Assembly: GCF_000485595.1 (NCBI RefSeq)
Contig: NW_014577085.1
Location: 125,022 to 145,021 of the forward strand
Reading direction: 5' to 3'
DNA: 20,000 nucleotides
From: Priapulus caudatus
Lineage: Eukaryota
Part shown: piece by piece, positions 12,902-20,000 of the stretch
Numbering within the stretch: the first letter of the stretch is position 1
Layout: each line of letters begins with the position of its first letter
Program-made: the position numbers and the translations under genes
Notes under the pieces: model-generated
Seen by the model: only the letters and a program-made list of their open reading frames with translations
What the model was told of the DNA's origin: nothing
The model's database searches: none

Positions 12902-13068
12902 CACCCGCTGAACCAAGATTAAAACACGTAAAACAAATAACACGATACCGGCTTAACTAAGACACTTTAAACAAATGAGAGGTCACCCGCTTAACCAAAG
13001 CACGTTAAACAAAGAATACACTCGCTTAGCTAAAACTAAGATATGCGCTAAACTAGGACTAAGACACC
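12902..13068. repeat. Old degenerate minisatellite-like array with variable unit length (23-44 bp)
   Basis: Units starting cacccgcttaacc-like at 12902, 12946, 12984, 13019 and 13042; the first three share cac(g/t)t(a/t)aaacaaa. Confidence 0.65.
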
Positions 13069-13557
13069 TGTCGAACTGAGCAGCCAATCTAAAAAAAATT
13101 GCGCGGAGATAATCATTATCATAAGACAATTGTTACAATTAAGAAACAAGTTGTTATACTATAGATACATGAGAGTGGGCGCAGAGTGTGCAATCTGCAG
13201 GTATCGAAAGTCGGTCTACTCGCACACCTCTAACTGCTCCCCATGTCTCAGCTTATTCTCACAATGGCCCACGAACTGTAGACATGTTTAAGCTGATCGC
13301 ACCGAGAGGGGTACCGCTTTCCAAAGAGCGCGGAGCGAGTTATCAGGGATAGGTAAAAGGAACTCTTAGCGTCAGCTAAATAAACTCCTTACAAATCATA
13401 ATGGTGTTTTCTCCGTAGCATGGATCGGATCGTACTACTAACCCATACAGAGTTTGAGCACCCAGCTTTGCCTCTGAAAGACACACCTACAATTCGTAAC
13501 CGAAAACGGCAATTTCCGGAGCTAAATGGCTGCCGTAAAAAACTCTTGTCGCACGCG

Positions 13558-13571
13558 GTTGCCATAGCAAC
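13558..13571. promoter_or_regulatory. Candidate RFX-binding X-box
   Basis: GTTGCCATAGCAAC matches the 14-bp X-box consensus GTNRCC-N(0-3)-RGYAAC. Confidence 0.55.
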
Positions 13572-13736
13572 GCGACAACGCACAGGTAATTCACGTGCGA
13601 GTGCTATTGGAGAAAGCTGCGCGCCCCGAGGCCGTCAGCCGCCATCATGTCTTTGTCAGGTGGTGCATAATTACAAAAACCTCTTATTACATGTCTAGAG
13701 AACGCAGACGTCGTACACGCGTACTGTACACGCCGA

Positions 13737-13738
<2 letters not shown>

Positions 13739-13783
<45 letters not shown>
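13739..13783. repeat. (AT)n microsatellite
   Basis: Pure AT run of about 22 units. Confidence 0.98.
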
Positions 13784-13786
<3 letters not shown>

Positions 13787-16354
13787 ATATATCTATACAT
13801 ATACTACTGCGTTGCACACAGAGCACTCGGTCGTTATAGCGAATATTCAGCGCGACCACAAGCCGAACTGGAACCAGCAAAAACGACAGCTGCGCGAACG
13901 CGTGATTGAATGCGTGCGTGTGCGTGTGCGGTAGCTTCTACTTTTAAATCTCATTCCCTTATTCACGTGTAAACGCTGCTCTCGGCGGAGTTATGCTATC
14001 GACGGGAGCGCATGTCCTTTCAGACGCTGTGCATCCCATCGGCTAAGTTTCTGCGCAGTCGAAAACTTCCACCGAGTAAGTCAACAAGAACGGCACAATG
14101 CGTGCACGGCAGATGGCCCGCAGCCGAGATCAGAAAACTCGAGGGCTTAACTCACGCCAGGTAGAAGTAACCAGTCCAAGTCACCAGCGATCCTTTCTTT
14201 TGCTAATCTGGCTATCTCTGATCATCAAAAATGCACGACTAGAACCTCTGGCCACGTTAATCTGGTCAGACGATATGCAAAAGCAGTCAGCGTACAGAAC
14301 GCGAAATGTTCCAAGAAAGGTGGTGGGAGGGACGCGACAAGAGATAAAAGCTAAGGTAACTGTCCCCACGGGGAGCCATGTAAATGGACAGTCATTAGTG
14401 GACATCCACGGTCCAGCGGGCGGATTACACCGTACACAAATGCGCACGCCGGCCGGTAACTTTATGGCCGCAGGTTTGCTTGACCACTGCCCAGTTATAT
14501 TAATAGCACAGGCCATTTGCCCACTTTCGCTACAATTGCAGGGACGACGGTGTCAAATGCAGGTGCGGCGAATGGGTTATAACACGTGTAAATAACTGCC
14601 GAGATTGAACAGTTTGATTACGGCCACTGTTCTCACTGCCTCGCAAATGGAATGCGGTTTACACTAAAACTTCTACTGCCAACTTCTTTCACTGCCAGAG
14701 AATTCAGTTCAGCTCCTAATGTGGCCCACATTTTAGGGATATGTTTAACATAGACTTCAGTAAGCAACTACGGATTAGGTATGCGGCTAATCCGAACCTC
14801 CTCAAAAGCTCTGCATGTACGCTCATTATGATATTAACTAAGTAATTTGCACCTGTGGTACCCACGTAGTTCTCAGACTAATTTGCAACCAAATGTCCAA
14901 AGCTAGGCTAGTAACACGGCCCTTCAGTCCTATACGCAACAGCGCTAGTCATTAACTAAGAAGCGAATGCCTTCATTACTCTGTTCATTAGTTTAATTAC
15001 GCTACACATCATGCATTTTTTATACACAAGTCAGTAAAAAATCGGCGTAGCATGCCTAATGACTCATTTCATTGTCCGCAGATAGCTTGCGAAGGGAGAG
15101 AGCTATTTGTTGAACGAGTGAACTGGCAACCGGGGTGATGAACCGTCTCCATTCTTTATTATCGGTACTGAATTGTTGCACCAACGTTTAAACATCACGA
15201 TTTTTTCGCAAATTGATAAAGGATCCCTCATTTAATGCGGAGGTGAATCTGAATTCTTCGGGTTTATGCGTGTTTAGAATGAGCATCCAATTATTTCTTC
15301 ACACTACGTGCCTTTCAGTTAATGATCTTCAAGCGCTGAATACATAACAAAGCGCGTGCATTGTGCCCTCCAATCTAACACACAACAATTCAAAGAATTA
15401 AAGCGCCATCGCTTCTCCGCATGCACATGCATTTCTTCGATTCAGATTTCCTCGGGCTCTAGCAGAAGCGCACAAACTTGAAGAGGAGACGGCGAAAAGA
15501 TGTTATCAGCCCGCATGCCTGCTGCAGCACACAGGCCCTTATCTCCAGCGACACACCTGAGTATTCAATGCGCACTGCGACATTGGTGTGCAACGGCACA
15601 GCACAAACGAAACGTAGGTGTGGTGCAGTACACATGCTAAGCAGCACAAGAACAACGCTGCGACACACCGAGTGCATGTCCGACACGGAGCAAACATATA
15701 GCACGGGCAACGTAGCAACATAAACAGTGTTGTGCAACACACACAGTGCTCTGTTTATTGGTCGTCATAGCCATGTAACAGCATGATGCAATGATGGCAG
15801 GTTTAATAAAATGCGGTTAGTCAATCCGGGGAGTCATCGCTGAGTCACGCGACAGCGAACATCGAACAGACGGCAAAGGGGATTCGCAGCTACGTGCAGG
15901 TAATCAGGCAGCTCCGTAATCAACGCTCGCCGATGTCACCGGCGTTCCTGCGTGCGCATCGCCTGTTTACCCCGTATGCTTACTACCTGCGAGCGGTGTA
16001 CCGTGCGCTTATTTAGCGCTAACAAACCGCTCGATCGTCACGCGGAATTACGCATGCGCGCAGATGACAACCTACTCTTTCAATATTGTGAGAGAATGCC
16101 AACGGTTATTAAAATCACTCTATTCAAAACGCGAGGGCGTACTGTCGATGTAATCGCAAAATGCAAGAATTTAAAAAAAAACTTGGGAAGGTCTGGGAGC
16201 AGGTGAGTACTACAGGTGAGGTGACCGGCAAACTAGTACAATCTGCACATCATGAGTAAGGTAATGTCTTGGTAATATGCTTCCCACCACCATCTGCACA
16301 CCGATTCACGCACCCATTGTCTCCCCTGCTCCGACGTGGAAACCAGCACGAACG

Positions 16355-16368
16355 GTTACCATGGCAAC
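16355..16368. promoter_or_regulatory. Candidate RFX-binding X-box
   Basis: GTTACCATGGCAAC matches the canonical X-box. Confidence 0.55.
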
Positions 16369-16694
16369 GCGACAGCAAACGCACTACACCTCTCCGAGCC
16401 CCGAATGATTTTCCTTTCGTTCTTTCTCGTTGAATACGCGAGCGGATTCGCGATATTCCGTACCTCATCTAATGACGTGCGAGCAGCAAGGTTCAGCAGC
16501 AGAGCACAATCTGAGGCCATGCGCCGCGCCCCACGTTTCACATCGATCTCTACGCTCTACACCACCCCTAAACGTAAATGTGCTTTGTTGGTTTACATGT
16601 GCGGATGCTAAATAATTCAAAGGTAGTCTGTGGGATTGGAGGATAGTCAGTCTAACTGTTTATTTTATTTATGTGTTAAATGCTTTATATATAT

Positions 16695-16732
16695 CAGGAG
16701 TAGATAAAGGGATTACCCTTTATCTACTCCTG
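16695..16732. mobile_element. Palindromic MITE-like element, copy 3 (38 bp), within an (AT)n tract
   Basis: caggagtagataaaggg-atta-ccctttatctactcctg: perfect 17-bp arms with a 4-nt spacer; ATATATAT on both sides. Confidence 0.7.
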
Positions 16733-17409
16733 ATATATATATATGTGCTATCGCAAATTGTAAAGTTTGCTTTTATTTTATTATTGACTGGCTTTACCTA
16801 GACGATGTAAAGTTCTCTTACGCGTCACGGATGCACTCAGACCTGAATACAATTTTTCTAACAAACTATCTCCAAACTAAATTACTAAATCTGGTAATAT
16901 CGGTATAAAGTTCCCAGGATAATCTGTGATCACACTCGGCGGTGCGTGCAGATGCGTGGCATCGGGGTGTATCACACCGATAACTGAGAGATAGGCGCGC
17001 ATTTATATGTATTGTCATGTGGACAGGCGTCATTGTCGGGTGTTGCACGAACAAAATGTTTACGTATCGGTTAAATCTGCGACGCGCACTCTGCTATGCA
17101 AGACGCACACGCATTAGCAACGCGTGATAACAATGTTACACTCAGTCGTTGTATGCACAGAGGAACGTCTGTCACGCACTCGACGCTTCAACAACGGACT
17201 GATACTACGCACACAGCATGTACAGATCTGTACAAAATAGCTGACTAAACAGATTCACGTTGACAAGTACTGCCGACGATCATTACGGGTGATTACGGGG
17301 GTGGCCCTGCTACGAACATGATCATAAGAGCCTTATTATTCGCAGTACTTCCGATGACATCGTTCAATACGACTTAAAAAAGACGACGAATCAGAACATC
17401 GGCGAGCGC

Positions 17410-17482
17410 TACGCATGCGCACAATCCCACGCGAAATTTTTCTCGCGTGAGTCACTCCGTGGGTGAGCAGGGGAGGCGGGGG
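17410..17482. promoter_or_regulatory. Promoter/enhancer-like motif cluster
   Basis: NRF1-like acgcatgcgca (17411-17421), inverted pair cacgcga...tcgcgtg (17428-17449), AP-1 TGAGTCA (17448-17454), GC-box ggggaggcggggg (17470-17482). Motif matches only. Confidence 0.3.
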
Positions 17483-18096
17483 ACTCGTTACAGGTGAGCT
17501 GCGGCTTTAATTCCACATCCTCGAGCTTACACGTACTCTGTATCCACGCACCTGTAAAACAGAGCGGACCGGGCCGCGGTTACAATGCTCATGACATCGC
17601 CCGCAAAATTATATTGCTGCGCGTATACACACGCAGCAACTGTCACGGGCGCGATTCCCCTCGCCACGAACCGGTTTCTAATTTCTAACGTGCTATCATT
17701 AAACGCACTCTCGGAAAGACGTAATTAACTCGCTTCCTCGTTAAAAAACCCCTCACCCCTTTAAAATTTAAAGAGAGATGAGGATTTGCGAGAAACCAGA
17801 CCGCAATAATTATCACGTTGTTGCGTGCGCACGCTATGCAACAGACACAGATTTTAACAAATTGCCAATCGCTACATTTAGAAGCTCATTAGACAGATAC
17901 ACAAAAGAAAGAACCGCAATGGATTAAACTTTTTTTCGAATTAAATCCGGATAATCAAGACACCCGGGGCCCCTCCCTGTAAAGAAGGATATGTGCCGTT
18001 GCTCCTTCGAGTGATTACGTGCGACAGAACGTCTTACGTATTTAGATTTCAGCTATCGGATTGTCACGTCTAGGTGCTGCGCGCCCCCGCGCCGTA

Positions 18097-18167
18097 CCCC
18101 CCCCCACCCACACACACACGTATTCACGCACGCACGCACACACAGACACACGCACGCACACACACAC
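18097..18167. repeat. Poly-C followed by a (CA)n/(CACG)n compound repeat
   Basis: Read directly. Confidence 0.9.
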
Positions 18168-19842
18168 CGTATGAGACGATGATGCTTACATTCTAGCCTC
18201 ACGAAGGCGTTCACTCACCTGCAATACTGATTTTCTTAGTTATGTGGCCTCGAGCCTGAATACTCGCCCGTGGCGGCATAGTTATGGTAGTTGGCAGCTT
18301 GATTAGAGGATGGTTCTTGCCAAGTGTCTCTCAAATCTACACGGGTCTGTATAATTACATGGCGCAGGCATCAAGGTGGACAACCACGAATTACATAGAT
18401 GCGCATGCGGCTAAGATTTGCAGTCCATTTTATAGCCCGTCAGTACCTAAGTTAGTAACTAAGACACCAAACAACCAAGACCTCTTAAGATACATATCAG
18501 TCATGACGTACAGCGATAGGAATGGCGCGACATAGAAAATCTCCCGTGTAAAAGGAAGCATTAGTAAGTAACATCCTGATTCATATCGCTTTTTCATACT
18601 TTTGCGTTTACATCACTGAGTAACCTACAATCACAAGTAACATGATATGGTCAATTATTGTGTTGTTATGTACTGAACCAACCCTATGACGACTAGTAGC
18701 GACCAAACACGTGGGAAGCATATTGTAAATGAGGTAATAACATTCAGTGTCTGATGTGACAACAACATCAATCATAATAAAGATACCCAACGTACATGTT
18801 GTCGAATTTCAACTGAACCGATGTACTTCTGAAACTGGAATCGCTAAACAATAACGATGACTAACCTACTGAAGCATAATAATTATATACAATAGTGCAG
18901 TCTGGTCCTCGCTCAAAAGTAGGGCGTTCAGTTAGTAAAACTAATAACATCTTAAAATAAAGTATAAACACACATGAAACTTTCAACTTTATAAACGAGG
19001 ACGTATTTAGGTAATGCGAGCACATGGGTATAAATTATAATCCGTTTTAATGATTACTGCATATAAAGAAACGTTACAAATATAACACACTAGATGGCCT
19101 AAATTGACTCCTGTAAGTGCTCACTACTTTATAATAGTAGCTATCTCGTAAACCTATATATGTAGCACGTCCGAGTTCGTAGTCTTCAGACTGCTATCTC
19201 TGCTATTCGTAACACACTTATATTACCAGTACACACAAGTATGCTACAGACTCTAAATGTACCGGCACCCGTCTAAATACGCATGACGTATACCTATTTT
19301 TAATCTCTTTCTTTGTCAGACTTTCGCAACACCAATCCTTTCTCGGCCCACTCGAGAATATAGCATTAAATATTTGAGGAACTCACGAGAAAAAACAGCC
19401 CACGGCCATTTTTTATTTTCAGCCATCCTTATAAACTATTTCTAACAGGTGAAGTGTTGCCACTGGCTATAATTGGATAGGCTAAAAGGCAAGCGTGCCC
19501 GTGCATGATGTAGGCACATTGCAGCAGTTTGCACAGCTCTCCTCGGTAATCACTGATCCTTCCCACTTCTAACAACTTCAGCACACACAGTGCTCACAAG
19601 TCTAACGTAGACACCTACAGGTACACCTAATGTACGCCTTCTATAGTACATATAATCAAGAGCTAATAAATACCTATTGTATTTATTTATTTTGTTTTTA
19701 TAGTATTGGTATTTATTAGCTATTGATATATAATATATAGCCACGCGCATACATTGTCATGACTCATATGTATATATGTAACCAGTCATAATCTTAGATG
19801 GCATTTTCGGGACACATAAAAATTTGAATTATACATATATAT

Positions 19843-19882
19843 CAGGAGCTAATAATGACAAATTTGTCATTATTAGCTCCTG
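19843..19882. mobile_element. Palindromic MITE-like element, copy 4 (perfect 40-bp palindrome), within an (AT)n tract
   Basis: caggagctaataatgacaaa|tttgtcattattagctcctg with no spacer; ATATATAT at 19835-19842 and (AT)9 at 19883-19900. Confidence 0.75.
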
Positions 19883-19944
19883 ATATATATATATATATAT
19901 CTTTCTCTCTCTATCACCTTCTCGATCTTCCTATACGTACCCCT

Positions 19945-19964
19945 AAATTTGTCATTATTAGCTC

Positions 19965-19967
<3 letters not shown>
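19945..19967. mobile_element. Right-arm-only duplicate of copy 4
   Basis: aaatttgtcattattagctcctg is identical to 19860-19882 and is again followed by (AT)n. Confidence 0.65.

Positions 19968-20000
<33 letters not shown>
19968..20000. repeat. (AT)n microsatellite running off the right edge
   Basis: Read directly. Confidence 0.98.

Noticed and set aside
13341..13360. tatcagggataggtaaaagg, 16/20 similar to the left end of palindrome copy 3
   Set aside because: No partner arm, and both conserved blocks (CAGGAG, ATAA) are broken; could be chance.
14098..14595. Longest ORF (165 aa)
   Set aside because: No recognisable motif or family resemblance; length alone is not enough to call a CDS.
16200..16208. 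Consensus splice donor CAG|GTGAGT
   Set aside because: No convincing upstream acceptor or coding exon; an isolated 9-mer is insufficient.
19835..19890. Resemblance of the perfect palindrome to phage hairpin-telomere (protelomerase) sites or intrinsic terminators
   Set aside because: Only generic palindromy; no protelomerase or other prokaryotic gene context, no U-tract, and multiple dispersed copies with flanking duplications fit a MITE better.

Overview
AT/GC-balanced, CpG-rich, microsatellite-dense DNA that looks like non-coding (intergenic or intronic) eukaryotic sequence, most likely an invertebrate animal; the taxon is an inference only. None of the ORFs resembles a protein family I recognise; many are translations of simple repeats, and I call no CDS, RNA gene or CRISPR array. 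The most distinctive signal is a dispersed family of ultra-short palindromic elements with arm consensus CAGGAG-YNN-ATAA-W-G...: four full copies (9869-9956, 10976-11060, 16695-16732, 19843-19882) and one right-arm-only copy (19945-19967). Copies differ from each other, yet each keeps its two arms complementary. Two are flanked by 7-bp direct repeats, two sit in (AT)n tracts, and two carry internal tandem expansions of one arm. Other signals: two canonical RFX X-boxes sharing extended flanks, a degenerate 21-bp tandem array, a promoter-like motif cluster near 17.4 kb, and a 10-N assembly gap with a probable false duplication around it.
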